DNA from: an uncultured Clostridia bacterium
GTDB taxonomy: Bacteria; Acidobacteriota; Blastocatellia; UBA7656; JADIYM01
NCBI GenBank assembly: GCA_964591515.1
Contig: CAZQBW010000003.1
Span: 1-61,895, forward strand
Length of the DNA stretch: 61,895 nt
Reading direction: 5' to 3'
Made by a program: the position numbers and the translations under genes
In this document: in pieces, positions 50,401 to 60,001 of the stretch
Layout of the letters: each line of letters begins with the position of its first letter
Numbering within the stretch: position 1 is the stretch's first letter
The notes under the pieces: model-generated
Databases searched by the model: none
Seen by the model: the letters and a program-made list of their open reading frames with translations, nothing else
What the model was told of the DNA's origin: nothing

Positions 50401-51808
50401 CGTCGACGACAAACTGTTTGCCCAGCGCATCTCGTCGTCGATCGTCTCTCCGATCGGCCAGCGGCTCCACATCGACACCGAGTATGCGACGGCCGTCGCC
50501 TCGCCGACGACGCTCGGCGTGGATCCGACCGCCAGCCTGCTCGAGATCACGAAGACGCCGCTCAGCCATCACTACCGGAAGCACCTTCCGGAAAATGGCG
50601 AGGCGGTCTATCGGGTCAACGCGGCCGACGCCATCAAGATGCGGCTTGCCCGCATCAACGGCGAGCCGACGCCCGAGGTCGGTTACGACCCGCAGATGAT
50701 CAGCCCGCTGTACGCATTCCTGTACATCTCGGACAAGAAGGAAGGCCTAGTGATGACCGTCGCGGCAACGCTGCTCGACGGCGATCCCGAGAACAACTTC
50801 CTCCATCGCCAGGAGTTCGCCGACGGGAAGGACCACTTCAACCCGGAAGGCGTCCTCGACGGCGCCACGAACATCATCATTGCGGGCCAGTACGCGTACA
50901 TGTGCACCGACAAGGGGCTCGTGATTCTCGACATCGCCCGGTATGACGCCCAGCTTCGTCCGGATCCGAAGGTCATCAAGGTACTGCCGATTCGCACGCC
51001 GACTTCGGTGGCTGTCCAGTTCCGTTATGCATTCGTTACGTGCGCGGACGGACTCCGGGTAGTGGACCTGACTGACCCGAACGATCCGCAGCTCGTCGAG
51101 GACGCGGTCGTTCGTATCGCCGATGCGAAGAGCGTCTACATCTCGCGGACCTACGCGTTCGTGGCTGCTGGAGACCAGGGCATGGCGATCGTCGACATCG
51201 AGACGCCGACCAAGCCCGCGGCGCCTAGCTGGATGTCCGGACTCTTCTTCAACGCCGGCGGGGCGATGAACGACACGCGCGACGTCAAGGTCGCGATGAC
51301 GAACAACAGCATGTTCGCGTACGTCGCCGACGGAAAGAACGGCCTCCGAATCGTTCAGCTCACGTCGACCGAGGATACGCCGGGCATCTACGGCTATGCG
51401 CCGCCGCTTACCCCGCGACTGATCGCAACCAAGAAGACGCGAGGACCTGCGGTCAACGTGTCCGAGGGACTCGACCGTGACCGTGCGGTCGACGAGAGCG
51501 GCAACCAGTTGACGGTCTTTGGCCGACGCGGCGCGCGTCCTTTCAACCTCGCCGAAACGCGGCGACTCTTCATCAGTTCAGTCTCGGGACGCTTCTACAC
51601 CGTGAGCGACACCCCGCCAGGCCCGGCGCAGGCTGCCGGAGTCATGCCAGAGGATCCGGAGCCGCAGGCCGCGGTTCCGGCCGACGGCGTACCGGCAGGC
51701 ACGACGCTGCCATCGGGGACCGCCTACGACTTTCTCCCGCTTCTGCTGCCAATGGGGCTTCTCCTTCGCCGGCGCCGCCGGCCAGGAGTCGATCGTCGCG
51801 CAGCGTGA
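47480..51808 (+). CDS. Large secreted multiheme cytochrome c (9 CxxCH + 1 CX4CH) with LVIVD-type propeller and CTERM-like tail (1442 aa)
   Basis: CVSCH, CADCH, CGTAGCH, CTACH, CMVCH, CVDCH, CIDCH, CFACH, CFGCH, CSDCH; blades such as EYIYVANGDGGMRVYDVS and TYAFVAAGDQGMAIVDIETP; ends FLPLLLPMGLLLRRRRR. Confidence 0.88.
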   Translation: MITETKRIVVAGSFVAIALVAIASGRGPSAPNPQEPAAAPAAAKQAEPAAKPAEKVIPKGSFDSGQKQTEADRKSAGCVSCHGFNKDSEPYSMHPFGPDNIGCADCHGGSFDVMKPEGTTHGNPAFEDAKKKAHVQPRDPEAWYGDDDADGSANPVRMTAGTNRESIEFIQFVNPGDLRVAGRTCGTAGCHEKEVGLVDTSMMKTGQLLWEAALYNNGGFHLKNARFGESYTQAGQPERIYPTEENRVTPESAWMSLMLRGIVPYLDPLPRWEISQPGNVLRVFEHGEDRLSLRGFGTGNRTDPVFLGLQKTRLLDPTLNFLGTNDQPGDYRSSGCTACHVTYFNDRQASHGAVVPLSDFRTDGSNRGVTRTTDPMIGRPEKADEPGHPIRHILTNNIPSSSCMVCHMHPGTNMVTTYYGMTWWDNETDGHQMYPDKIKKLSEEERQAINHRNPEEAAQRGKWGDVDFLADVGKPGGEINKNLTKTQFGDFHGHGWVYRAVFKVDRHGNYLDHSGKVVPKVDGESLAAAMHPETDPATGLPMLKDGTPVHMQDIHLEMGMQCVDCHFSGDGHGTGNLHTEVRAAIEIDCIDCHGAMDKVATLRTSGPAADTDKAGKRGRDLTKMKTKFRVDGKDREVPIFQRLAKDVKPGEKIPRNGNTTSVPLYKGEVIQASYTDPAKWWRVKQTKDTVVKNAQRPDDYSELSAYAKTVQVDNQTWGDPTAGDDKVAHPDSEMTCFACHTSWTTACFGCHLPMRATKREEMKHNEGAPSRNWTNYNFQTLRDDIYMLGRDGTVSGNRIGPIRSSCAVLVSSASINREWFYSQQQTISAEGYSGQAFSSYVPHTVRGKGETKLCSDCHVSKDNNNNAILAQLTLQGANAANFIGRLAYVAEEGGGFEAIAVTERAEPQAVFGSSLHKMAFPEEYERFEKNGRKLTESYSHRPGIGNESLSLQLRGEYIYVANGDGGMRVYDVSRVDDKLFAQRISSSIVSPIGQRLHIDTEYATAVASPTTLGVDPTASLLEITKTPLSHHYRKHLPENGEAVYRVNAADAIKMRLARINGEPTPEVGYDPQMISPLYAFLYISDKKEGLVMTVAATLLDGDPENNFLHRQEFADGKDHFNPEGVLDGATNIIIAGQYAYMCTDKGLVILDIARYDAQLRPDPKVIKVLPIRTPTSVAVQFRYAFVTCADGLRVVDLTDPNDPQLVEDAVVRIADAKSVYISRTYAFVAAGDQGMAIVDIETPTKPAAPSWMSGLFFNAGGAMNDTRDVKVAMTNNSMFAYVADGKNGLRIVQLTSTEDTPGIYGYAPPLTPRLIATKKTRGPAVNVSEGLDRDRAVDESGNQLTVFGRRGARPFNLAETRRLFISSVSGRFYTVSDTPPGPAQAAGVMPEDPEPQAAVPADGVPAGTTLPSGTAYDFLPLLLPMGLLLRRRRRPGVDRRAA

Positions 51809-51891
51809 TCGATTGACCGAAACGGCACGGGTAGCGAGCCCCCTTTCGCCCCGTGTCGTTCGTGTCTTCGCCGTCAGTGAGGAATAAAACA

Positions 51892-53325
51892 ATGTCAGAA
51901 GGCAAAGCGAAGTTCGCGATGATTGGACTGGGCGTGATGGGTGAGAACCTGGCGCTCAACGTGGAGCGCAATGGATTCCCGATCGCGGTATGGAATCGCC
52001 GGGCCGATGCTGTGGACGCATTCGTCAACGGGCGAGGGGCCGGCAAGAACGTCGTCGGCGCGCATTCGCCGGCGGAGCTTGCGGCCGCCATGGAGCGTCC
52101 GAGACGCATCATGATGCTCGTCAAGGCGGGCGAAGCGGTCGATTGGACGATCGACCAGATGAAGCCGCATCTAGACAAGGGTGACGTGCTCATCGACGGC
52201 GGCAACTCGTGGTACGAGGACACCAAGCGCCGCGATGCGGCGCTGACCGAGGAAGGTCTGCACTTCGTCGGCTCCGGCGTGTCGGGCGGCGAGGAGGGCG
52301 CGCTGTGGGGCCCGAGCCTCATGCCCGGCGGCAAGAAGGAAGCCTACGAGATCGTTCGCGAGATCTTCGAGGCGGTCGCGGCCAAGACCGAGGACGGAGC
52401 GTGTGTCACGCACTGCGGTCCCGACGGCGCCGGCCACTTCGTGAAGATGATCCACAACGGCATCGAGTACGGCGACATGCAGCTCATCGCCGAGGCGTAC
52501 GACATCATGCGCAGCGGCCTCGGCCTCGGCGCGCAGGAGATGGCGGACATCTTCAACGAGTGGAACGAGGGCGAGCTCAACTCGTTCCTCATCGAAGTCA
52601 CGGCGAAGGTGCTCAGCGTGAAGGACGACGAGACCGGCAACCCGCTCGTCGACATGATCCTCGACACGGCCGGCCAGAAGGGCACGGGCCGCTGGACGTC
52701 ACAGGTCGGTCTCGACCTGGGCGTGCCGATCCCGACGATGAACGCTGCTATCGAGGCGCGCTTCATTTCGCGCGACAAGGCCGAGCGCGTCGCGGCGAGC
52801 AAGGAGCTCGAGGGACCCAACGCCAAGTACACCGGCGACAAGAAGGAACTCATCGATGCCATTCGTGCGGCGCTCTATGCGTCGAAGATCACGTCCTACG
52901 CCCAGGGCATGAACCTCATCCGCGAGGGTTCGAACGTCAACAATTGGGGCATCGACCTCGGCGAACTGTCTCGAATCTGGAAGGGAGGCTGCATCATTCG
53001 GGCGCAGTTCCTCGACAAGATCAAGCAGGCCTACCTCGCCCGGCCGGACCTCCCCAATCTGCTCGTGGATCCGTACTTCAAGGACTGGGTGAGTAAGTCG
53101 CAGGCCAAGTGGCGGACGGCCGTCACGACGGCGCAGACGCTCGGCGTGCCGACGCTTGCGATGTCGGCGAGTCTGGCCTACTTCGACAGCTACCGGGCGG
53201 CGAACCTTCCGGCCAACCTCACGCAGGCGCAGCGCGACTTCTTCGGAGCGCACACCTACGAGCGAGTGGACAAGCCGGGTGCCCCCGCGGTGCACACGAA
53301 CTGGCAGGCAAAAGCCGGACACTGA
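51892..53325 (+). CDS. gnd: NADP-dependent 6-phosphogluconate dehydrogenase (477 aa)
   Basis: IGLGVMGENLALN, WNR, DGGNS, GVSGGEEGA, KMIHNGIEYGDMQ, QKGTG, QAQRDFFGAHTY. Confidence 0.97.
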   Translation: MSEGKAKFAMIGLGVMGENLALNVERNGFPIAVWNRRADAVDAFVNGRGAGKNVVGAHSPAELAAAMERPRRIMMLVKAGEAVDWTIDQMKPHLDKGDVLIDGGNSWYEDTKRRDAALTEEGLHFVGSGVSGGEEGALWGPSLMPGGKKEAYEIVREIFEAVAAKTEDGACVTHCGPDGAGHFVKMIHNGIEYGDMQLIAEAYDIMRSGLGLGAQEMADIFNEWNEGELNSFLIEVTAKVLSVKDDETGNPLVDMILDTAGQKGTGRWTSQVGLDLGVPIPTMNAAIEARFISRDKAERVAASKELEGPNAKYTGDKKELIDAIRAALYASKITSYAQGMNLIREGSNVNNWGIDLGELSRIWKGGCIIRAQFLDKIKQAYLARPDLPNLLVDPYFKDWVSKSQAKWRTAVTTAQTLGVPTLAMSASLAYFDSYRAANLPANLTQAQRDFFGAHTYERVDKPGAPAVHTNWQAKAGH

Positions 53326-53335
53326 GATGGCCGGG

Positions 53336-53386
53336 GCGTGCGGGCTTCATTAAGGGTGTTGAACCCTCCTGATGAGGCCCGCGCGC
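53336..53386 (+). other. Intercistronic stem-loop between gnd and zwf
   Basis: GCGTGCGGGCTTCATTA pairs with TGATGAGGCCCGCGCGC using G-U pairs; inner AGGGT/ACCCT stem; no U-tract. Confidence 0.6.
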
Positions 53387-53411
53387 TCGCGCCGACGAAA
53401 AGGAGCTAGCA

Positions 53412-54953
53412 GTGGCACCAACCAGCGACAATCCCCTGCGAGAAGGCATGCGCCTCGAGCGATCAGCCGAGCCCTGCACGGTCATCATTTTTGGAGCGTC
53501 GGGCGACCTTACGAAGCGCAAGCTCGTTCCGGCCCTGTATCACCTGACGCAGGATCGGCTTCTTCCGGCCGAGTTCGCCGTCGTCGGCGTGGCGCGTCGC
53601 GAAACGAGCGACGACGACTTCCGGGCGCAGATGAAGACGTCCGTGGCGGAGTTCGGCGGTGACGGCAAGGTCGAGGAAGACGTGTGGGAGAGCTACGCGA
53701 AGGGGCTCTACTACGTTTCCGGCGAGTTCGGGGACCCTGAGACCTATCGCAAGCTTTCCGAAAAGTTGGCGCTTGTAGAAGCAGAACGCGGCACGCAAGG
53801 CAATCGCGTCTTCTACCTTTCGACGGCTCCGAGCGCATTTGCGGAGATCGTCCACAAGCTCGGCGAGGCCGGGCTCGTCGACGAGTCAGGCGGCCGATGG
53901 CGGCGGGTGATCATCGAGAAGCCGATCGGCAACAGCCTCGAGGGAGCCATCGAGCTCAACACCTCGGTGAGCGAAGTCCTTGCCGAGAAGCAGATCTATC
54001 GCATTGACCATTACCTCGGTAAAGAGACGGTTCAGAACCTGCTGGCGTTCCGGTTCGCGAACGGCATTTTCGAGCCGCTCTGGAATCGGAACTACGTCGA
54101 CAACGTGCAGATCACGAATGCCGAGGCGGTCGGCGTCGAGGGACGCGGTTCCTACTACGAGGGCACCGGCGTCGTCCGCGACATGATCCAGAACCACGTC
54201 TTCCAGGTGCTGTCGATCGTGGCAATGGAGCCTCCGATCAACCTGAGTCCGGACGCAGTCCGCGACGAGAAGATAAAGGTGATGGAGGCTGTAACGCCTA
54301 TCACCGCAGACATGGTTCCCCACGTCGCCGTGCGCGGTCAGTACGGCCCTGGTCACGTCGGCGGCAAGGCCGTTCCGGGATATCGCGAAGAGACCGGCGT
54401 TGCGCCGGACTCGCCAACAGAGACGTTTGCGGCACTCAAGCTGACGTTCGACAACTGGCGCTGGGGCGGCGTGCCGTTCTACATCCGGTCCTCGAAGCGC
54501 GCCGCCCGGCGCGTGACCGAGATCGCGATCACGTTCAAGGACGTGCCGCAGCGACTGTTCGGCGACGTTGGCGGATCGATGGTCGAGCCGAACGTGCTGA
54601 TCGTCCGCGTCCAGCCGAACGAAGGCATTACCCTGCGCTTCAATGCAAAGGTGCCCGGCCAGGTTACGAATATCCGCGGCGTGAACATGGACTTCCGCTA
54701 CGGCTCGTCGTTCGGGGCGCGGCTCGCGGAAGCGTACGAACGCCTGCTGCTCGACTGCATTCTCGGAGACTCGACGCTCTATGCACGCCGCGACATGACC
54801 GAGCGCGGCTGGGAGATCGTCACACCGGTTCTCGCTCGCTGGGCGGAAGAACCTCCGGGAGACATGTTCCCGAATTACGAGGCGGGCTCGTGGGGTCCAA
54901 AGGCGTCCGACGACATGCTCGCCCGCGAAGGGCGGACATGGCGCCGGCTCTAG
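53412..54953 (+). CDS. zwf: Glucose-6-phosphate 1-dehydrogenase
   Basis: [49 protein letters not shown]. Confidence 0.97.
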   Translation: MAPTSDNPLREGMRLERSAEPCTVIIFGASGDLTKRKLVPALYHLTQDRLLPAEFAVVGVARRETSDDDFRAQMKTSVAEFGGDGKVEEDVWESYAKGLYYVSGEFGDPETYRKLSEKLALVEAERGTQGNRVFYLSTAPSAFAEIVHKLGEAGLVDESGGRWRRVIIEKPIGNSLEGAIELNTSVSEVLAEKQIYRIDHYLGKETVQNLLAFRFANGIFEPLWNRNYVDNVQITNAEAVGVEGRGSYYEGTGVVRDMIQNHVFQVLSIVAMEPPINLSPDAVRDEKIKVMEAVTPITADMVPHVAVRGQYGPGHVGGKAVPGYREETGVAPDSPTETFAALKLTFDNWRWGGVPFYIRSSKRAARRVTEIAITFKDVPQRLFGDVGGSMVEPNVLIVRVQPNEGITLRFNAKVPGQVTNIRGVNMDFRYGSSFGARLAEAYERLLLDCILGDSTLYARRDMTERGWEIVTPVLARWAEEPPGDMFPNYEAGSWGPKASDDMLAREGRTWRRL

Positions 54954-54966
54954 GGAGGAAGTCCGC

Positions 54967-56094
54967 ATGAGCACCATTCCAGGGATCAATATCGGGGCGG
55001 TGGAGCGCGAGCTCGCCGCCATCTGGAGCGAAGAGGCTTCGGGAGATGCTTCGCACGAGGAGCGCGCCGTCACTCGGGCGCGAGTTCTCACGCTCGTCGT
55101 GTACGGCGACAAGAAGGACTTCGCGCCGAACTTCGACGAGATCATCGCGGACATCTCGAATCTGCACCCGGCGCGGGCCATCGTGCTGCAGGCCGATCGC
55201 AGCGGGACCGGAGACGGAGCCACGTCCCACGTCACCGCCGTGTGCCGCGTCCAGGGACCTCGGTCCAAGCAGGTGACCTGCGAGCAGGTCACCTTTGCGG
55301 CTCAAGGGGCCGCCATCAACGACCTTCCGAGTGGCGTTGCACAGCTGCTCGCGCCTGACACGCCTGTGTTCGTCTGGCTGCTCGGGATTCCGGAGCCCGG
55401 CGATTACGTCTTCAACCATCTGTTGCCGATGGCGGACCGCGTCATTCTGGATTCGTCCAGCTCCACTCATCCGGGAAGCGATCTGGTGAAGCTCGCGGCG
55501 ACGTTTCGCGAACACCCGCACTGGACCTCGCTTACCGACTTTACGTGGCAGCGGTTGACGCCGTGGCGCGAGATGCTCGCGAACTTCTACGACGGGACGG
55601 ACCATCGACCGTACCTTGATCGCATCGATACCGTGACGGTCGAGTACAACCCGCACGAAGGCGTTCCCGGCATCACGCCGCGGTCCATGCTGCTCGTGGC
55701 GTGGCTCGCCGAGCGGCTTGGATGGACGATCGACACCGACGCGTCGCGGCAGGACGGCGACACAAGCGTCTTCGCCTTCTCGGCGCCAAACGGACCGGTG
55801 ACGGTTCACTTCGTGCCGGTAATACACGAGGGAATGGACGGATTGCTCGCGGGAATCACGCTTGCCGCAAGCGCGGCGCCGACAGCCGAGTTCTCGGTGC
55901 GGCGCGAAGCGCGCAGCCGCCTTTCCTCGGCGATCGTTCTCGACGGACGCCCGCACGCGAGCCGTTTGCTTGCTTATCGCTCACGAACCGTTGGTGAGCT
56001 CCTGTCGACCGAACTCGGAATCCAGCGTCGCGATGTGCTCTACGAAGCTGCATTGGCCGTCGCAGGACTGATGGGCGAGGTCGACAAGACGTAA
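54967..56094 (+). CDS. opcA: Glucose-6-phosphate dehydrogenase assembly/activator protein
   Basis: Follows zwf; HPARAI, AVC..TCEQV, PDTPVFVW, DRVILDSS, DFTWQRLTPWRE. Confidence 0.85.
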   Translation: MSTIPGINIGAVERELAAIWSEEASGDASHEERAVTRARVLTLVVYGDKKDFAPNFDEIIADISNLHPARAIVLQADRSGTGDGATSHVTAVCRVQGPRSKQVTCEQVTFAAQGAAINDLPSGVAQLLAPDTPVFVWLLGIPEPGDYVFNHLLPMADRVILDSSSSTHPGSDLVKLAATFREHPHWTSLTDFTWQRLTPWREMLANFYDGTDHRPYLDRIDTVTVEYNPHEGVPGITPRSMLLVAWLAERLGWTIDTDASRQDGDTSVFAFSAPNGPVTVHFVPVIHEGMDGLLAGITLAASAAPTAEFSVRREARSRLSSAIVLDGRPHASRLLAYRSRTVGELLSTELGIQRRDVLYEAALAVAGLMGEVDKT

Positions 56095-56098
56095 CAAG

Positions 56099-56224
56099 GT
56101 CCGCAAGGGCGGACGAAGCGCACACGTCATCAACCGAATGATCGCGCGGCGGCGTGTTTCCGAAACACTCTCCGCGCGATTGCAGCATCCGAGCGTGACC
56201 TCGTGATCCGGCCCGTCCGGATCA
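56099..56224. other. Three short hairpins in the opcA-glk gap
   Basis: GTCCGC/GCGGAC (56099-56114), ATCGCGCGG/CCGCGCGAT (56141-56180), TGATCCGG/CCGGATCA (56204-56224). Confidence 0.55.
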
Positions 56225-56251
56225 TCAACCTCTTCGATCACGGATGTCACC

Positions 56252-57235
56252 ATGATTCTCGCCGGAGACGTTGGAGGAACGAAAACCACGCTGGCAATCT
56301 TTGACCCGCGGCAGGACGACCTGCGGGTACCTGTCATCGAGCACAGCTACCCGAGCCGCGAATTCGGTTCGCTCGAAGCCATCCTCGACCGCTTCATCAC
56401 CGAGCACGAGCCGTCCGTCCAGTGCGCGGGCTTCGGCATCGCAGGTCCCGTCGTCAACCGGCACGTCGAGACACCGAACCTGCCCTGGAAGATCACGGTC
56501 GAGGCTCTGTCGGATCGGCTCGGCATTCCCGGCCATCGCATCGGAATGGCCAACGATCTCGTGGCCAACGCCATGGGTGTCGAGGCGCTCAGGCCGGAGG
56601 ACGTCCGGACAATCCACGCGGGTGAGTCCGACAAGCACGGCAATTCGGCGCTGCTCTCGGCGGGAACCGGTTGCGGGATGGCGATCATCCTCCACACCCG
56701 CGACGGTGCTACTCCGGTAGCCACCGAAGGCGGCCACATCGACTTTGCGCCGCGGAATGCACTCGAAATCGGCCTGCTCGAGCACATGCGCAAGCGGTTC
56801 GGCCGCGTGAGCTATGAGCGTGTGCTCTCGGGGCCCGGACTGCACAACATCTATGGTTATCTTCGCGACACCGGCTTCGCTCCCGAGCCTGACTGGCTCG
56901 CTGCCGAGATCGCGAACGGTGACCCGAGTGCGGCGATCTCGAAAGCCGCGCTTGCCCGAACCTCCGAGCTCGCCGCCCAGACGCTCGAGATGTTCGTTTC
57001 GATCTACGGCGCTATGGCCGGCAACCTTGCGCTCATGGTTCTCGCAACCCGCGGAGTCTACATCGGCGGCGGAATCGCCCCGAAGATTCTCCGAAAACTG
57101 GAGGAGGGCTCGTTCATCGAGGCCTTCCGGCAAAAGGGACGCTTCACGCCGATGATGGAGCGAATACCCGTGCACGTCATTCTCGACGCGAAGGCCGCAC
57201 TGTACGGCGCCGCGCGAGTCGCAGCCAGCCTATGA
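56252..57235 (+). CDS. glk: Glucokinase (Glk family)
   Basis: [53 protein letters not shown]. Confidence 0.95.
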   Translation: MILAGDVGGTKTTLAIFDPRQDDLRVPVIEHSYPSREFGSLEAILDRFITEHEPSVQCAGFGIAGPVVNRHVETPNLPWKITVEALSDRLGIPGHRIGMANDLVANAMGVEALRPEDVRTIHAGESDKHGNSALLSAGTGCGMAIILHTRDGATPVATEGGHIDFAPRNALEIGLLEHMRKRFGRVSYERVLSGPGLHNIYGYLRDTGFAPEPDWLAAEIANGDPSAAISKAALARTSELAAQTLEMFVSIYGAMAGNLALMVLATRGVYIGGGIAPKILRKLEEGSFIEAFRQKGRFTPMMERIPVHVILDAKAALYGAARVAASL

Positions 57236-59928
57236 ACACACAGACCTCCGACACCCGAGAGTATCAGCGCCTCTACGAGCCCTACACGACCCGAATCGCC
57301 CCGTGGCGACGCTGGGGCCCCTACGTGAGTGACCGGTCGTGGGGGACGGTCCGCGAAGACTACAGCGCCGACGGCAACGCGTGGGACTACTTCCCGCACG
57401 ACTTGGCGCGATCGAAGGCCTATCGATGGGGAGAGGACGGCCTCGGGGCGATCTGTGACCGCTATCAGCTGCTGTGCTTCTCGATGGCGCTCTGGAACGG
57501 GCACGACCCGATCCTCAAGGAGCGGCTCTTCGGGCTCGTTCCCGGCGAGGCGAACCACGGCGAGGACGTGAAGGAGTACTACTTCTACGTCGACTCGACG
57601 CCGACGCACTCCTACATGAAGTACCTGTACAAGTACCCGCAGCGCGCGTACCCGTACTGGGAGCTTCTCGAAGAGAACAAGCGGCGTCAGTCCGGCACGC
57701 CGTTCGAGGAGTACGAGCTTCTCGATACGGGGATATTCGACGAGAACCGCTACTTCGACGTAGTCCTCGAGTACGCCAAGGCATCGGCGGAGGACTACTG
57801 CATCCGCATCGAGGTCTTCAATCGCGGGCCCGAGGACGCGCCGATCCACGTCCTTCCGCACCTCTGGTTCCGGAACACGTGGGGATGGTCGAAGGAGCCG
57901 GCCCCCGAGCCGACGATCTCGCTCGGTCCGCACGGCGACGGATATGTGAGCATCGTCGCCGACGACACGAATGCGAAGCAGCTGCGGACGCTGCCGTTCG
58001 AGTACCAGCTCGGCAAGCGGTACCTCTATGCCGACGTCGGCGGGAACCCGCTCTTTACGAACAACGAGACGAATGCGGCCCGGGTCTGGGGTGGTGACGC
58101 CCGCAGTCGAAGCGCCTTCACGAAGGACGCCTTCCACCGTTATGTCGTCAACGGCGAGAACTGCGTGAACTGGGAACAGAAGGGCACGAAGGCGTGCTTC
58201 CATTACGAATCCCTGAACGTCCCCGCCGGAGGCTCTGTCGTGGTGCGCCTGCGGCTGACCGACACCGAGACCGTGGATCCGATCTCGGACGTCGACGCCG
58301 TCGTGACATTGCGGCACGAAGAGGCAGACCGGTTCTACGAGACTATTCACCCCGATACGGCGACCGACGAGGAGAAGCTGGTCCAGCGGCAGGCGATCGC
58401 CGGAATGCTCTGGAGCAAGCAGATCTATCTCTACGACGTCGGGCTCTGGCTCGAGGGCGACAACCCCGACATCCCGCCGCCGGCGGCCCGTCACCACGGA
58501 CGAAATGTTCACTGGCAGCACCTCAACTCGATGCGGATCCTCTCGATGCCGGACAAGTGGGAGTATCCGTGGTTCGCGGCCTGGGATCTCGCGTTCCACT
58601 GCGTGCCGATTGCGCTCGTCGATTCTGAGTTCGCGAAGGAGCAGCTCTGGCTGATGCTGTTCGAGCAGTTCCAGCACCCGAACGGACAGATCCCTGCCTA
58701 CGAGTGGGAGTTCTCGGACATGAACCCGCCGGTGCACGCGTGGGCCGTCTGGCGCGTGTACAACATGGATCGCATCCGGACCGGCAAGGGCGACCGCGTC
58801 TTTCTCGAACGCTGCTTCCACAAGCTGCTCATCAATTTCGCGTGGTGGGTGAACAAGGTCGACAGCGAGGGCAACAACGTCTTCGAGGGCGGATTCCTCG
58901 GGCTCGACAACATCACGGTCATCGATCGCAGCGAGAAGATGCCGCACGGCGCTCGCCTGGAGCAGTCGGACGCGACGGGCTGGATGGGCATGTTCTGTCT
59001 GAACCTCATGCGCATCGCGCTCGAGCTCGCGCACGAGAACCGCGTCTACGAGGGACTGGCGACGAAGTTCTTCCAGCACTACGTCTACATCGGCGGCGCG
59101 ATGAAGAACATGGGCGGCCGCGAGTACCAGCTGTTCGACGAGCGCGACGGGTTCTTCTACGACGTTCTGCGATACGAGGACGGCAGCTTCCACAAGTTCC
59201 GCGTGCGTTCACTCGTCGGCTTGATTCCGCTTTTTGCCGTCGAGCGGCTCGAGGTCGACTGGCTCGAGCCGTTCCCCGAGTTCCGCGCCAATCTCGACTG
59301 GTTCCTCAAGAACCGGAGCGAGCTGACGGACCGGTGCGTCACGACGATCGAACGCAACGGCTCGAAGGTCCACATCCTCACGATAGTCGACGAGGAGCAG
59401 TTGCGGCGCATCCTGGAGAGAGTGTGGGACCCGCTCGAGTTCCGGTCGGAATACGGCCTTCGAAGCCTTTCGAAGTTCCACGAGGCGAATCCGTTCGTCT
59501 TCGGCGAAAACGTCGTGTCGTACGACCCGGCGGAGTCGGTCTCGAAGCTGAAGGGCGGCAACTCGAACTGGCGCGGGCCTGTGTGGATGCCGACCAGTTT
59601 CATGATGATCGAGTCACTCCGAAAGCTGGGCAAGGCTTACGGGCACGACTTCACGATCGACAGCCTCACGGAAGGCGAGGAACCCGTGACGCTCGCCGAG
59701 ATGGCGAATGGCTTCGCGGATCGGCTTATCCGGATCTTCACGAAGGACGAGAACGGGCGCCGGGCATCGCACGGGCTGTGCGAGAAGTTCCAGACGGATC
59801 CGCACTGGCGCGACCTGATCCTGTTCTACGAGTACTTCCACGGCGACACGGGCGCGGGCATCGGCGCGTCGCACCAGACAGGCTGGACCGGCGTCGTGGC
59901 CTCGCTCATCGACGAGTGGAGAGATTAG
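57232..59928 (+). CDS. GH63/MGH1-like glycoside hydrolase (898 aa)
   Basis: [71 protein letters not shown]; ATGA overlap with glk. Confidence 0.88.
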   Translation: MNTQTSDTREYQRLYEPYTTRIAPWRRWGPYVSDRSWGTVREDYSADGNAWDYFPHDLARSKAYRWGEDGLGAICDRYQLLCFSMALWNGHDPILKERLFGLVPGEANHGEDVKEYYFYVDSTPTHSYMKYLYKYPQRAYPYWELLEENKRRQSGTPFEEYELLDTGIFDENRYFDVVLEYAKASAEDYCIRIEVFNRGPEDAPIHVLPHLWFRNTWGWSKEPAPEPTISLGPHGDGYVSIVADDTNAKQLRTLPFEYQLGKRYLYADVGGNPLFTNNETNAARVWGGDARSRSAFTKDAFHRYVVNGENCVNWEQKGTKACFHYESLNVPAGGSVVVRLRLTDTETVDPISDVDAVVTLRHEEADRFYETIHPDTATDEEKLVQRQAIAGMLWSKQIYLYDVGLWLEGDNPDIPPPAARHHGRNVHWQHLNSMRILSMPDKWEYPWFAAWDLAFHCVPIALVDSEFAKEQLWLMLFEQFQHPNGQIPAYEWEFSDMNPPVHAWAVWRVYNMDRIRTGKGDRVFLERCFHKLLINFAWWVNKVDSEGNNVFEGGFLGLDNITVIDRSEKMPHGARLEQSDATGWMGMFCLNLMRIALELAHENRVYEGLATKFFQHYVYIGGAMKNMGGREYQLFDERDGFFYDVLRYEDGSFHKFRVRSLVGLIPLFAVERLEVDWLEPFPEFRANLDWFLKNRSELTDRCVTTIERNGSKVHILTIVDEEQLRRILERVWDPLEFRSEYGLRSLSKFHEANPFVFGENVVSYDPAESVSKLKGGNSNWRGPVWMPTSFMMIESLRKLGKAYGHDFTIDSLTEGEEPVTLAEMANGFADRLIRIFTKDENGRRASHGLCEKFQTDPHWRDLILFYEYFHGDTGAGIGASHQTGWTGVVASLIDEWRD

Positions 59929-60001
59929 TCCACAGATGAACACAGATACTCACAGATCAGACGGTTCTTCTGATCTGTGAATATCTGTGTGAATCAGTGG
60001 A
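59929..60001. repeat. CACAGAT/ATCTGTG palindrome between convergent stops
   Basis: TCCACAGATGAACACAGATACTCACAGATCAGA pairs with TCTGATCTGTGAATATCTGTGTGAATCAGTGGA. Confidence 0.8.

Noticed and set aside
47480-51808. Assignment as MtrA/MtrC/OmcS, hydroxylamine oxidoreductase or NrfA
   Set aside because: Size, heme spacing and the propeller do not match those families, and there is no CxxCK motif.
57058-59193. 711-aa minus-strand ORF, and similar shadows such as 21691..23682, 45189..46778 and 53886..55292
   Set aside because: Antisense to well-supported genes, with no start signals or recognisable domains.
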